From positions 1 to 39,970 of the IMG/VR virus record IMGVR_UViG_3300011336_000389: a stretch of DNA of 39,970 nt; one strand, given 5' to 3'. The position numbers and the translations under genes were made by a program. The notes beneath the pieces were generated by a model that was not told where the DNA came from, did not search any database, and saw only the letters and a program-made list of their open reading frames with translations. Origin of the DNA: a virus. Lineage: Duplodnaviria > Caudoviricetes. Below, piece by piece: positions 24,874 to 34,590 of this stretch; the stretch's first letter is position 1; the number at the start of each line of letters is the position of its first letter.

Positions 24874-27342
24874 TTATCCGCCGACCGACACTTCTAACGT
24901 CAGCGCGACAATGGTCAACGGCAAAGGATCTGCCTGGCGCACAAACACCTGGCCATTGTCCTGCCAGGATGGGGTGAGCTGGATCTTGATCTCTTCGGTC
25001 TTTAGCGAAGGTGGCGACCCATAGGATTCAGTGGTTCGCTGCTTTGCCTCGACCAGGCTGTTTTCATCTGGGCCAACAAAGATGCCGGATGACTGGTAAA
25101 CGCGCAGCCATGCATGGTTGACGTTCTTGTACCGGCCCTGGCCAAAGCCCTCGATGTTGATGGCCATTGGCAATGTCTTCAAATCAGACTGGTACGGCAG
25201 GCCGATCTGAATTGTGGTTCCTGCTCGGTCAAGGGTGATCTTGCCTGCTGTGACCACGCGCCGAGGGTGTACGGCACCATCAGCCAGGATGCTTACGGTC
25301 TTACCTTCAAGATACCCAAGGCCAGAAATATCGTTCCTGGCCAGCGACCAATTGGTTGTGGCTGTGTTTCTCAATGCAACCGGCAATGGGTTATCTGTCT
25401 GCACCAAGGCCGTTGTGGTTGTCAGTGTTTCCAGGATCTTGCACCGGTACTTTTTGCCATCGCTGTCGGTCAACACCACCACATCATTGATGTCGCTGGT
25501 CGATGGCGGCGCAACAAAAATGGCGGTAGTGGATGTGATGGTTAGGGTGTCTGCCCGTGTCCAGGTTGTGCCACCGCTCACAGTCATGGTTGTGGCGCTG
25601 GTGTTCTTTCCATCGTATGTTGACCCGCAGTCAACAAAGAACGCATTCTCTGGAGCCAGTGGATCAATTTGCCTGGTCGCCATGCGCTCTACAAAGCGCT
25701 TCACGGTGCCGTTGATAGTTCGCTTGACGATGGCATACAACGCATCTTCACCCGCTTCAGCAACCACGGTAACCGATTCAAATGTGCCATCGGTGTCGTG
25801 CTGGTGCCATGCGCCAACTTGCTGCTCTGGGACGTATGTAAGGCCGATCAGCTTGCCACTGGTGGATGTCATCCACACAATCGGAATAGGGGCCTTGGCA
25901 AAGGTCATGTCGGTGATTTCAAAGCCGTCAAATAGGTGCGATGACCGGATCGATAGATCATTGGTCTGGAACCCGTTTGCCTGCCAGTTGTAGCCAAGCT
26001 CTCGAACATGGCCACCACGCGATGCTGAGTAGACCATTGAGTTGTTGATGATCGCCGGTTGAACATTCGATGAACCAACGTAGGACTGCGGTCGAACAGA
26101 GATCGATGTTGGCGTGATTGCATCAGAGTTAACGGATGTCACGCGCCACTCGGCAGATCCCGTCATAAGCAACAGCTCGGTCAGTGGAACAATATGTCGG
26201 ATGGTGTTTGCCTCGCGTGCGGCCACCTTGAACTCAATGCGGTTGGTGTCTTGCACCGGCAAGGTGTAGCTCAAATTGCTTTCGGTGCCTGACTTGGTCA
26301 TCCAAATTTTTTGAGGATCATTCAAGGTTCCGGCAAAGCAGCGGCGCTGTTCAAAATAGGACACGGCACCAGGGTAGTTTTGAGCGCTCGTAAATGGGTT
26401 GACATAGATCGGCACCGTCTTTGAAAGATCTGGGCCAATGTTGTTGTCATCCACGCTCAAGTCAGTCGTGCTTCCAATGTAGCCATAAACGCCGCCAACG
26501 TATTTGTAGACGTTGTACCTGGCTGCGCCCGTTACCGCATTCCATGTGATCGTGTTCTTTGCGCCGGTCACATAAATGTTGTTGGTAATGGACGCGACCG
26601 CAGAGCCAGAGCTTTCACCAATTTGATCTTCAGTGACCGCCGTGACCTGGTATCGATGGTTTTCGTATGTGTCTACGTTGATGTTGGCTGAAGCTGGTAT
26701 AGACCTGGTTGCTGTAACACCGGTGGGCGCGGCAATAGGTGAACCAAAATTGATGGTGTTAACACGCCAATCAGAAGCACCGTAACGGCGCAGCTCGATG
26801 GGCGGATGGTTTGGGTGAACGATGGTCAGGATGTCTGCCGACTGCACAAAGTGAATGTCAAACAGCTCGGCTTCAAGATAGTCATTTGGGATCTCATAGA
26901 CACCGGCAGGCATTGGGTACCAATAGGCCGCATTTGGCGGGGCTTGGTTGGTGCTTGCGGCAGTGGCGTAGTACGACACCCCACTTTGCAGCACTTTGTT
27001 TCCCTGCGTGTATGCGGTGCCACTGTTCCATGCTGATGGTGTTGCATATGACAGTGTCGCGCCCTGCGTGTGAAATCGGAAATATCCTTCACCGATCTCG
27101 ATCACCATTGTCTGCGTTGTCGAATAGGTGAAGTTGATCAGGCGTGTTTTTTTCGCGCTTGTTTTGACTTCACGCACCAGAGCGAAGCCAGGTCTGTTTT
27201 GCGCTGGGCCTTGCGGCGTTGCGATGAAGTTCCGCATGGTTGCAGCACCAGCCTGGTACTTGTTGTCATCAATGCGGCCAAACATCTCAGGCGAAAGTTC
27301 GCCGCCAGCAAATGACCTGTTTAGCGTTCTGGTGTTTGCCAT
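24874..27342 (-). CDS. Tail tubular protein B / nozzle
   Basis: SFAGGELSPEMFGRID at the N-terminus, YPGAVSYFEQRRCFAG, AWHQH, LEGKTVSILADG and QADPLPLTI at the C-terminus; position after tubular A. Confidence 0.88.
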   Translation of the reverse strand: MANTRTLNRSFAGGELSPEMFGRIDDNKYQAGAATMRNFIATPQGPAQNRPGFALVREVKTSAKKTRLINFTYSTTQTMVIEIGEGYFRFHTQGATLSYATPSAWNSGTAYTQGNKVLQSGVSYYATAASTNQAPPNAAYWYPMPAGVYEIPNDYLEAELFDIHFVQSADILTIVHPNHPPIELRRYGASDWRVNTINFGSPIAAPTGVTATRSIPASANINVDTYENHRYQVTAVTEDQIGESSGSAVASITNNIYVTGAKNTITWNAVTGAARYNVYKYVGGVYGYIGSTTDLSVDDNNIGPDLSKTVPIYVNPFTSAQNYPGAVSYFEQRRCFAGTLNDPQKIWMTKSGTESNLSYTLPVQDTNRIEFKVAAREANTIRHIVPLTELLLMTGSAEWRVTSVNSDAITPTSISVRPQSYVGSSNVQPAIINNSMVYSASRGGHVRELGYNWQANGFQTNDLSIRSSHLFDGFEITDMTFAKAPIPIVWMTSTSGKLIGLTYVPEQQVGAWHQHDTDGTFESVTVVAEAGEDALYAIVKRTINGTVKRFVERMATRQIDPLAPENAFFVDCGSTYDGKNTSATTMTVSGGTTWTRADTLTITSTTAIFVAPPSTSDINDVVVLTDSDGKKYRCKILETLTTTTALVQTDNPLPVALRNTATTNWSLARNDISGLGYLEGKTVSILADGAVHPRRVVTAGKITLDRAGTTIQIGLPYQSDLKTLPMAINIEGFGQGRYKNVNHAWLRVYQSSGIFVGPDENSLVEAKQRTTESYGSPPSLKTEEIKIQLTPSWQDNGQVFVRQADPLPLTIVALTLEVSVGG

Positions 27343-27345
27343 CTG

Positions 27346-28026
27346 TTATCTCCCAGCCGTCCAGGGAACAATGTGTTCCATGTTAATTTTGCGTGATGTG
27401 TTGTCACCGTTTTGAGCCTGGATCAAATACGCAGCCATGATTTGGTTGCATCGTTTTGATTCAGCTTGGCCAGCATCACCTTTAAGGATTGGGCCAGCCA
27501 ACATACCGGCCAGGTGCCAGGACAATGTGAGTGTAAAAAGCGCAGAGAATTTGCTGGTGTCTGTCACGGTTGCTTGGTACCGGCACAAAGCATTCTGCAC
27601 GTTGGTGTAGATCACATGGCTACCGACTTCATCGGTCTCTAGCGCAAATGGCTGCGGCACATATTGGCCAGCAGCAATGCTTGGTGAGTAGTTGCCTTGC
27701 CATCCTGGGTTATCTGAAGCAGATGCCCTGGTGACGTAATCGCTTTGCGCGTCAGGCGAGATGATTGCAATGACATCCATCGCATCGGCTGGTAGCGCAT
27801 AGCAGTAATCCCACTGGCTTACGGGGTTTGTGAGCAGCGCCAGAGTTGCGCGTTTGCTGGCAAAGCTCCACGGGTACAGCTCAAGCAAAGTATCGCGTGC
27901 AACCGGATAGAAGCGTGCAGCGTGTTCAGCTTGTGCAGAGCCCTCCGGTGGCTTGATACTAGCGATTGTTGCGTTGTCGCCAAGGTGCGCCAGCGCCAGG
28001 TTGCATATATCGACTTCTGTTGCCAT
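27346..28026 (-). CDS. Tail tubular protein A / adaptor
   Basis: EVDICNLALAHLG..YPVARDTLLELYPWSFA..YALPAD pattern; AGGAGG RBS. Confidence 0.85.
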   Translation of the reverse strand: MATEVDICNLALAHLGDNATIASIKPPEGSAQAEHAARFYPVARDTLLELYPWSFASKRATLALLTNPVSQWDYCYALPADAMDVIAIISPDAQSDYVTRASASDNPGWQGNYSPSIAAGQYVPQPFALETDEVGSHVIYTNVQNALCRYQATVTDTSKFSALFTLTLSWHLAGMLAGPILKGDAGQAESKRCNQIMAAYLIQAQNGDNTSRKINMEHIVPWTAGR

Positions 28027-28042
28027 CGAGGCCTCCTAAAGT

Positions 28043-28078
28043 AAAAAGGGGGAACCACGGTTTCCCAGCGGCTCCCCC
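28043..28078 (-). terminator. Rho-independent terminator after the capsid genes
   Basis: Minus strand GGGGGAGCCGC-TGG-GAAA-CC-GTGGTTCCCCC-TTTTT: GC-rich stem, GNRA loop, U-tract. Confidence 0.85.
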
Positions 28079-28111
28079 ACGGTTCGAGCAAAAGACAGTT
28101 GATTAGACTGG

Positions 28112-28309
28112 CTACGCTTTGTGCAAGGATTTTGCGCGGGTGCTTTTTTCCTTTGGTGCATCAGCAACATCGGGTTCAGCATCCTTGCTGGCCGTACCCT
28201 TTACAAGCTCAATGTTTGTATTGGTCGGGCCGTTGTATTCAAACACTTCGTCAGCTTGACGCATTGCGTTGCCAATGAAGCATTTAACCTTTGCACGGTA
28301 CATAGCCAT
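28112..28309 (-). CDS. Small hypothetical protein (head region)
   Basis: 65 aa; AGGAG RBS; lies between the cement gene and the terminator. Confidence 0.75.
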   Translation of the reverse strand: MAMYRAKVKCFIGNAMRQADEVFEYNGPTNTNIELVKGTASKDAEPDVADAPKEKSTRAKSLHKA

Positions 28310-28324
28310 ATCAGTCTCCTATCC

Positions 28325-28756
28325 TTAAACTACAGCGAAGCCAGAGGCATAGAACTTCTTGCCGTCCTGGATGTCGGTTACAACGTCAGCAGTGACCTTA
28401 CCGGCAGACATCGTACCCACGACAGTGTAGCGTGCGCCCAAGTAACGCTGGCCTTTAGAGCCAATGTTAGGGTTGGCGTTTACAGCCACATTCTTGCCGA
28501 GGGTTAACGATGCCAACGCGATGGCACCAGACGCACCAATGACGGTGGGCGTGCTGAGATCAGCCGAAGCAGAAGAGATGATTTCAAAGTTGATGCTGGT
28601 GCCGCCTGCAAAAGCAGTGGTAACAGCAAAGTTCATGAAGATCTCAGTGCCTTGGCCAATGTCTTGAGCAATGCCCAGGTCAATGGTGTTGGTTGAAACG
28701 GCGGTAGTAGTAACTGCCTGGTCTTCGCTGACGCGAAGGTTTTTATCGGTAATCAT
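28325..28756 (-). CDS. Capsid cement/decoration protein (BPP-1 Bbp16-like)
   Basis: MITDKNLRVSEDQAVTTTAVSTNTIDLG..QRYLGARYTV..AGKVTA; follows the major capsid gene. Confidence 0.85.
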   Translation of the reverse strand: MITDKNLRVSEDQAVTTTAVSTNTIDLGIAQDIGQGTEIFMNFAVTTAFAGGTSINFEIISSASADLSTPTVIGASGAIALASLTLGKNVAVNANPNIGSKGQRYLGARYTVVGTMSAGKVTADVVTDIQDGKKFYASGFAVV

Positions 28757-28783
28757 GTTCAGTTCTCCTTAGTTGATGATCGG

Positions 28784-29803
28784 TTAAACGACACGGGCTT
28801 CAGTGTTGATCAAGCTGTCAACGCAGCGGAGAGGAACACCCTGGAACGACAACCATGCGGTCGGCATACCAAACTGGCCAAGGCCTTCGTTGATCTTCAA
28901 GACATACTGAGACTTGTCCAATGCCGCGACTGACAGGCCAGAGTGAACAGTGCGGTTCATGTAGAACGCAGCACGGCCCATTGCCATGTTAGGAATGCGG
29001 TACAAAGCACGCGCCATCAATTTAATGAGTGCGGTGCCAGCAGAAGCAGCCTGGCTTCCAGTCTGGGCCAACAAATCGCTCACATCGATGTTTGCGATGC
29101 GAACAACATAGCGCCAGTCTTTTACGACCAAACCATTTTTCCACTGATAGCGGGTTGCATAAGCCTGCAAGCGAGTGTTGTCGCTGTTGTAGACGGTCTG
29201 CTCACCGAGATCTTCATGGATCAAGCCAGCCTTGGAGCCTTTAGGGAATGGGCAGTAGACAGTGTTGTCACCCCAAACCACCAAGAACACCGAGGTGTTG
29301 TCGGAACCGGAACCACCAGCGTCAAGAATGTTCTGTGCATTGGATGCAGCCAGATCACTGTAGCGAGGTGCCAAGCCCAAGAAAGTCTTCGGATCAACGC
29401 CAGGGTTGCCGTAGAACAGAGTTGTAGCCTGGGTCTGGTTCATTGCTTCCAGGAACGCAGTGTCTTCCGACAAGCGGAATTGAGCTGTGTTGCCATTCAG
29501 CATGGCCAAGTCTTTGTCCACTTCGGAACGTGCTTCCAACATACCGCAAGCTTCGTCCACTTGTGCAGTGGTTGATTTGCTTGATGGGATACCTTGGTTC
29601 AATGCACGCCAGTAAACACTTGGCAGGCCAGTACGAACAACCACACGTTCACCGGTAGGCAAGTTGCCTTCCTTGAACACGCAGTCGGCCAGGATCTCGT
29701 TGGACTGCGAAAGCAGTTCAGCGATGATCGGAACGCGACCATCGGGGTCGCTCCGCTTCGCCCAGTCGGCGAGGGTGAGATTGCTAGTTGAGAGAGTAGC
29801 CAT
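28784..29803 (-). CDS. Major capsid protein (BPP-1 Bbp17 / epsilon15 gp7-like)
   Basis: 339 aa; TLADWAKRSDPDG, RTGLPSVYWRALNQG, GLVVKDWRYVVRIANID and LINTEARVV; AAGGAG RBS. Confidence 0.92.
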   Translation of the reverse strand: MATLSTSNLTLADWAKRSDPDGRVPIIAELLSQSNEILADCVFKEGNLPTGERVVVRTGLPSVYWRALNQGIPSSKSTTAQVDEACGMLEARSEVDKDLAMLNGNTAQFRLSEDTAFLEAMNQTQATTLFYGNPGVDPKTFLGLAPRYSDLAASNAQNILDAGGSGSDNTSVFLVVWGDNTVYCPFPKGSKAGLIHEDLGEQTVYNSDNTRLQAYATRYQWKNGLVVKDWRYVVRIANIDVSDLLAQTGSQAASAGTALIKLMARALYRIPNMAMGRAAFYMNRTVHSGLSVAALDKSQYVLKINEGLGQFGMPTAWLSFQGVPLRCVDSLINTEARVV

Positions 29804-29821
29804 TTTGAAAGCTCCTTAAAG

Positions 29822-30508
29822 TTAGTTTTGCTGATTTGGATATAGCGCAGACGAATAGCCTGCCATGTCTTTGGGCATCGACCTTGCGGCACCAGACCCT
29901 TGAGATGGCCCAACATATTTATCTGTACTGATTGCCTTACCCGCCCTGTACATGAACCGAATTACTTCGGGGTGATTGCCCAGTTTGGATTGATTTAGCA
30001 GCTCTTGCAAAGCCGGTGTACCGAATGCATCCAATGCCTTCTTGGCAACTGATAGGTTTTCTTGCAGATTAGCTCCGCCGTATTCCTTGTCAGCCATCGC
30101 CGTGTTGGCCCATTCTGTTTGAATGGCTTGAACTTGTTCGATTTGACGTTGCACGATGGTCGGTGCAACTTTGTCAATCACCTTCTGTGCAGCGTCCTGC
30201 GTAAGGTTGAGTTCCTTGGCCACATCCTTAAACGCACCGAGTACACCATCATCGAACTTGGCATCTTTGCCGATTGCCTCGGCTTTGAATTCATAGCTCT
30301 CTGGTGCGCCCAATATGCTTGGGGGTTGGTCGCCAGGTTTCTCTACAGCCTTACCCGCTTCCTGCGGAGGCTGTTCCTGTACGGCAGGGGCTTCTTGCTG
30401 CCCTTGTCCTACCTTGTCGCCGCCATAGTAGGCATTGGTGTCGGCAGGGGTTTGCGATGCATCCGCGCTATTGGCTTGGGTGGCTTCTGTCATCAGCATT
30501 TCTGTCAT
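29822..30508 (-). CDS. Head scaffolding protein
   Basis: Low-complexity N-terminus, APESYEF, AKELNLTQDAAQK and LGNHPEVIRFMYRAGKAIS; directly upstream of the capsid gene. Confidence 0.8.
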   Translation of the reverse strand: MTEMLMTEATQANSADASQTPADTNAYYGGDKVGQGQQEAPAVQEQPPQEAGKAVEKPGDQPPSILGAPESYEFKAEAIGKDAKFDDGVLGAFKDVAKELNLTQDAAQKVIDKVAPTIVQRQIEQVQAIQTEWANTAMADKEYGGANLQENLSVAKKALDAFGTPALQELLNQSKLGNHPEVIRFMYRAGKAISTDKYVGPSQGSGAARSMPKDMAGYSSALYPNQQN

Positions 30509-30812
30509 CTTTTTGCTCCTTGATCATCGTTGAATAAAGCTCAGGGGTCTGAGTGTGGATAAGTGAAAGAACGCGCAGCCCGTAATTCCTGTTACCTTCA
30601 GCAAAAGCCATGGCCATTGCGTTGGTGTTGAACGACAGTCTGAACACTCCTGCTGTATCCAGAAGTCGCCACAAAATGCGGCGACCCCTCTTGCTACCCA
30701 TGAGCCACTTGATATCACCCTCTTCGGTCTCGCGTTCAGAACGGTCGCGGGTCTCGCGATCTTCCTTCTGCCGCTCCTGGCCTTTTAGGTCTAATGGATC
30801 GTAGTTGCTCAT
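30468..30812 (-). CDS. Conserved head-region protein (Bbp19-like)
   Basis: DIKWLMGSKRGRRILWRLL..MAFAEGNRNYGL; usual position between portal and scaffold. Confidence 0.8.
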   Translation of the reverse strand: MSNYDPLDLKGQERQKEDRETRDRSERETEEGDIKWLMGSKRGRRILWRLLDTAGVFRLSFNTNAMAMAFAEGNRNYGLRVLSLIHTQTPELYSTMIKEQKDDRNADDRSHPSQ

Positions 30813-30818
30813 GTTGTT

Positions 30819-30851
30819 AATTTATCCACGTTTGTGCGCGATACGGGTACC
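30819..30851 (-). promoter_or_regulatory. Putative late promoter, copy 2 (before scaffold/capsid genes)
   Basis: GGTACCCGTATC (30851-30840), 15 nt, TAAATT (30824-30819); intergenic. Confidence 0.75.
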
Positions 30852-30852
30852 G

Positions 30853-31638
30853 TTAGATCGTGTTCTTGATCAGAATGCCCTCGATCTGCAAGCCAATAGC
30901 AGATATAGAGCTTGACTTGCATTGCCACTGGCAGTCAGTCAGTTCGGTGTACCCACGGGGAACGCTTTTATCTGAGATGTATGCAGTTTCGAAAGGCACT
31001 TGCAAAACAGCTCTGACGATGTCGTTGGCATTGCTTGTCCACGCTCGATAGTCTGCAACCTGGTTGTTGCTTTGATGCGTGTATGCGTTGACCTTGGCCA
31101 GGTAAAAGGTATGCCCAGCAGGAACCGTGTAGATAGTCATCGAGCTTGTGCCTGTGCCTGCTGCGATCTTGGCGTAGGTTTGTGTCTTTGCGCTGTTGCC
31201 CAATGTCAGTGTGCCAATTGGATTTGTTGAGCCGACTACAGAGATGCCATTGATGCGAGAGTACGAATTAACAGTGGCCACGCCTGTCGTGCCGTTGGTC
31301 AACAACAAGTCTTCACTGATCTGATTGAAGTCAGCATCCAGGCCATTGATCCGCACAAGCACATCAGTGTCGCCGTTGCTACTCCACAGCAGCATTGGCC
31401 CGAATTCTGGGTAAACATAGGCCGTGTTGTTTTCCCATATTGGGATAAACGATGCGCCAACACTGGCTTGATAGCCAGAGATGTTGAGCGATGTGTGGCC
31501 AGCAACCAATCCCCTCGCCACTTGAAGCTCAAAGGGCTCACTGCGCTGATGCTCTGTGATCGACTGGTAATGTCTTGGCCTCAAGGCAGACACCCCGCTA
31601 GGCGCTGAAACAACAATGCCACTGCCTGCCGCCATCAT
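30853..31638 (-). CDS. Hypothetical beta-rich protein, possibly a virion component
   Basis: 261 aa, T/S/G/N-rich; ATGA overlap with the upstream gene. Confidence 0.7.
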   Translation of the reverse strand: MMAAGSGIVVSAPSGVSALRPRHYQSITEHQRSEPFELQVARGLVAGHTSLNISGYQASVGASFIPIWENNTAYVYPEFGPMLLWSSNGDTDVLVRINGLDADFNQISEDLLLTNGTTGVATVNSYSRINGISVVGSTNPIGTLTLGNSAKTQTYAKIAAGTGTSSMTIYTVPAGHTFYLAKVNAYTHQSNNQVADYRAWTSNANDIVRAVLQVPFETAYISDKSVPRGYTELTDCQWQCKSSSISAIGLQIEGILIKNTI

Positions 31639-32006
31639 TCACCGCCATACAGCATGGTTGAAATGTTGTTGATGCGGCTGGTTTCTTTCTGCGTGCCTTT
31701 GTCTTTGCCGTACATGGCTTCAGCCTGGCTTTGCTGACGGTCTTCGCCGGAGATCTCCATGTCGGTGATCTGTAGCGACATGGTCATGTCATTGCCGCCC
31801 TGGGTCTCATAGGCACCGGTTGATTTCACATAGGCCTTGGCCTTGATCATCATTGTGCTGCCGACCTTTGGCAGGGCCGTGATGCCAAGCTTGTCGAGCT
31901 GTTCAGCGTCCAGCGTGATGCAAAGCCCGTAAGGGTACGCCGGTTCATCGTATTCAATTTCGCCAGGCATCTCTTCTTTTTCTGGCGCTTGCTTCATATT
32001 GATCAT
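31635..32006 (-). CDS. Capsid staple-like protein
   Basis: YPYGLCITLDAEQLDKLGI..LPKVG..SLQITDM pattern; GGAGG RBS; follows the portal gene. Confidence 0.7.
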   Translation of the reverse strand: MINMKQAPEKEEMPGEIEYDEPAYPYGLCITLDAEQLDKLGITALPKVGSTMMIKAKAYVKSTGAYETQGGNDMTMSLQITDMEISGEDRQQSQAEAMYGKDKGTQKETSRINNISTMLYGGE

Positions 32007-33727
32007 TGTCCTACCTCCACTGCGGATGGGCTACCGTATCCGCTAAATTGGTTCATAACATCCATCATCACGTTAGATTCGCCACCCTGGGTTGGTGCCT
32101 GGGCTGCGTCCTTCGCTGCTGATGCGCCTTGCTGCATCATGGCCATTTGCGCCTGTGCCGCTTGAGCTTGCGCTCGTTTGTTTCTGACCATGGCAACATC
32201 CTTTGTGGCCGTGATCATCTTCGGATCGATCCCAAGCATTTCGCTGTATGCGTCTGCCCATTGATCGCTGTCGAACTTGTCCAATACCTCTGGTTTCATT
32301 TGCGCCACTACACCAAGGTTGCCGATGAATCGGTCAACTCCATTGGTGCCAATAGCACGCTGTGCCTGCGCCAGCATCGATACGAACTCAACATTCAGAT
32401 CCTTGCCTTGCAGCTCTTGCGGTGCCGGTGGCAGCATTCCTGCGCGAAGCATATGGTTGAACGTAACGTCAATCAGTGGATCAAGCAGCTCGTTGTGCAA
32501 GCGCTCAAGCACAGGGCCAAGCATGAGCAGCTTCTCTTCATGGCGCTCGGCCACTTCAGTTGCTGTCATCCTGGTATCTGTTGCGTTGGCCAGCATTAAG
32601 AATAGGTCGGCATAGAACGAACCATTGATTCGACTGCGGCAATCCTGGATGTCCATTAGCAAGTGCTGCAAATTAAGGTTGACCTCGAATGCAGTTTTGA
32701 TGCCCTGGCTGTTGCCGTCAATGAATGAGATGCCGCCTGGCAATGTCTCAATGTCGCGGTTCTTCATGCTCGATGGCACCACAAGCGGCGGCTTGGTCTG
32801 GTAGTCAATACCTTGGGCCTTGCGTAGCTGCTCATGCTGCAATTGCTTGATGTCGCCCAGCGCTTCCATGCCTGGGCTGTTGCCGTAGATGTCGCCACCA
32901 ACAACATTCCAGCGAGGCACAATGCCAGGGAACTCTTCAAACCCGCTCTCGCGCAGATACTTGTTTGGCTCTGCACCAATCTCAAAGTAGCAGCTTTGGT
33001 AGGCCATGTTCTTTGAATCGCGCTTGCTTGGATCTCGATCTGTGCGCGGCTCGATTGCGTGAATGATTGGCACCCATGCATCCAGGCTTCCACGGTCATA
33101 CAAGTTCTTCACCGTGTGAGACACATTCTCAATGCCAAACTCAGTGACGATCTCGCTGACCGTTTTCTCAAACTCTCGATAGATGGTGTCAACGCGACCC
33201 TGGTAGTTGGTCGCAATGGCGTACTCACCAATCGTTGATGGGTAGTGGTGAATGATGTTCTTGTAGTCTGGCAGGATGATTGCAGCAGCGGTACCAAAGG
33301 CACCAAGCTCTTCATACATACCATGCAGCGTGCGGTAGGTGTTGGATCGCTGAAACACCAACTGCATTTTGTTGGTCACATCATCGAGCCAAAGCTTTAC
33401 CGGTGGGTAATTGTTCAGCACTGGGTCTGATGTACCCAAGCGAAACCATGGGCGTGCCGGTGAGGTTGCCCCAGCCATCATGCCTGCGCCCAATGTTCGC
33501 AGCGCCCTGGTTCCGGTGTTGTCGTAGATGCTGTTGTGGCGGCGCATCCCTTTGTTCCGATCCTGGGTAAAGTAGCGCCCATTCCTCGGCAGCAAGTAGG
33601 TTGTGACCTCTTGCCAATGCGACCACCAGGTTGCACGTTCAGACTTTAGTTGGCCCCATCGCGTGTGCAATTTATCCCGCGCAGGGCTCTTTGGATTTGA
33701 CGCTCCATCGCTTGGATAATTTGCCAT
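32003..33727 (-). CDS. Portal (head-to-tail connector)
   Basis: 574 aa; TSPARPWFRL, YGNSPGMEALGD and MTATEVAERHEEKLLMLGPVLERL are podovirus portal motifs. Confidence 0.95.
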   Translation of the reverse strand: MANYPSDGASNPKSPARDKLHTRWGQLKSERATWWSHWQEVTTYLLPRNGRYFTQDRNKGMRRHNSIYDNTGTRALRTLGAGMMAGATSPARPWFRLGTSDPVLNNYPPVKLWLDDVTNKMQLVFQRSNTYRTLHGMYEELGAFGTAAAIILPDYKNIIHHYPSTIGEYAIATNYQGRVDTIYREFEKTVSEIVTEFGIENVSHTVKNLYDRGSLDAWVPIIHAIEPRTDRDPSKRDSKNMAYQSCYFEIGAEPNKYLRESGFEEFPGIVPRWNVVGGDIYGNSPGMEALGDIKQLQHEQLRKAQGIDYQTKPPLVVPSSMKNRDIETLPGGISFIDGNSQGIKTAFEVNLNLQHLLMDIQDCRSRINGSFYADLFLMLANATDTRMTATEVAERHEEKLLMLGPVLERLHNELLDPLIDVTFNHMLRAGMLPPAPQELQGKDLNVEFVSMLAQAQRAIGTNGVDRFIGNLGVVAQMKPEVLDKFDSDQWADAYSEMLGIDPKMITATKDVAMVRNKRAQAQAAQAQMAMMQQGASAAKDAAQAPTQGGESNVMMDVMNQFSGYGSPSAVEVGQ

Positions 33728-33730
33728 CGA

Positions 33731-34132
33731 TTAACCTCCCAAAAGACTGTTCTTGGCGAGTGCAAGTTGGTTAGGGTCAACGCCTTGTGGGCCTGTAAGC
33801 ATAGTGCCACCAACGCCAGACTTGGCTGCTGATGCCAACAAAGCGCTGGTATCTGGGGCCTTTCTGTTTGCTGCGTTAATAGCCATCTGGCTTTGCTCGG
33901 CCTGCGCTTGAGTGGCGGTTAAGTTTGCTTGCTGCGCGTCTTTCTGCGCCTGCAATTGCTTTTCGCCTGCGTCTTTCTGCGCTTCGCCTGCATCGTATTG
34001 CATCTTCATTGCGCCAGCTCCAAGGCCGACTGCTGCGGCTGTACCAGCGGTAAGTGCGTATGCTGTACCGGCAGTTGCCGCATAGGCACCGGCTCCGACT
34101 ACTGCTGCTGTAACTGCTCCTGACATAATCAT
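33731..34132 (-). CDS. Small Ala/Gln-rich protein upstream of portal
   Basis: Ends GTMLTGPQGV..KNSLLGG, the pattern of small pre-portal virion proteins; AGGAG RBS. Confidence 0.75.
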   Translation of the reverse strand: MIMSGAVTAAVVGAGAYAATAGTAYALTAGTAAAVGLGAGAMKMQYDAGEAQKDAGEKQLQAQKDAQQANLTATQAQAEQSQMAINAANRKAPDTSALLASAAKSGVGGTMLTGPQGVDPNQLALAKNSLLGG

Positions 34133-34590
34133 TCTCCTGTGATGTTGATGAAATTCTTTGCGTCTGAGTTTCGGCTCATGAGCAAAGATGCTTCTTCGGT
34201 AAATTCATCTTCCGCTTCTTCAATCGTAACCGCATTGGTCGGAAAGACCATTGTCAGCAGCGTATCCGAATGGGTGATGAATGCTTGTTTGCGATGGGCG
34301 CTTGCAGGAATAACCTGGTAGCCAGTGACACGAATCTCATCATCGTTTGCATACACAGTCACATCGCCATTGATGACCAAGGTTGTCGGTATCTTCACCA
34401 ATACCCCAGTCAATACTACGCCGCCAGGTATGTTGATTGTCCTGGCATACATCCCGCCATGCAGAACATGGTGGGTCTCAATATCTGCTTGCTCCATGAG
34501 CCTGGTCACGTTCTCCAATGCATAGACTTTGCCGATGGCGGTATCGCTCATCGGTTGGATCTTTGCTTTATGGATAGCCAGTTCGTTCAC
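34129..34590 (-). CDS. Cupin-like (double-stranded beta helix) protein
   Basis: HHVLHGGMYARTINIPGGVVLTG..RKQAFITHSDT; GTG start overlapping the GNAT stop. Confidence 0.6.
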   Translation of the reverse strand: MNELAIHKAKIQPMSDTAIGKVYALENVTRLMEQADIETHHVLHGGMYARTINIPGGVVLTGVLVKIPTTLVINGDVTVYANDDEIRVTGYQVIPASAHRKQAFITHSDTLLTMVFPTNAVTIEEAEDEFTEEASLLMSRNSDAKNFINITGE

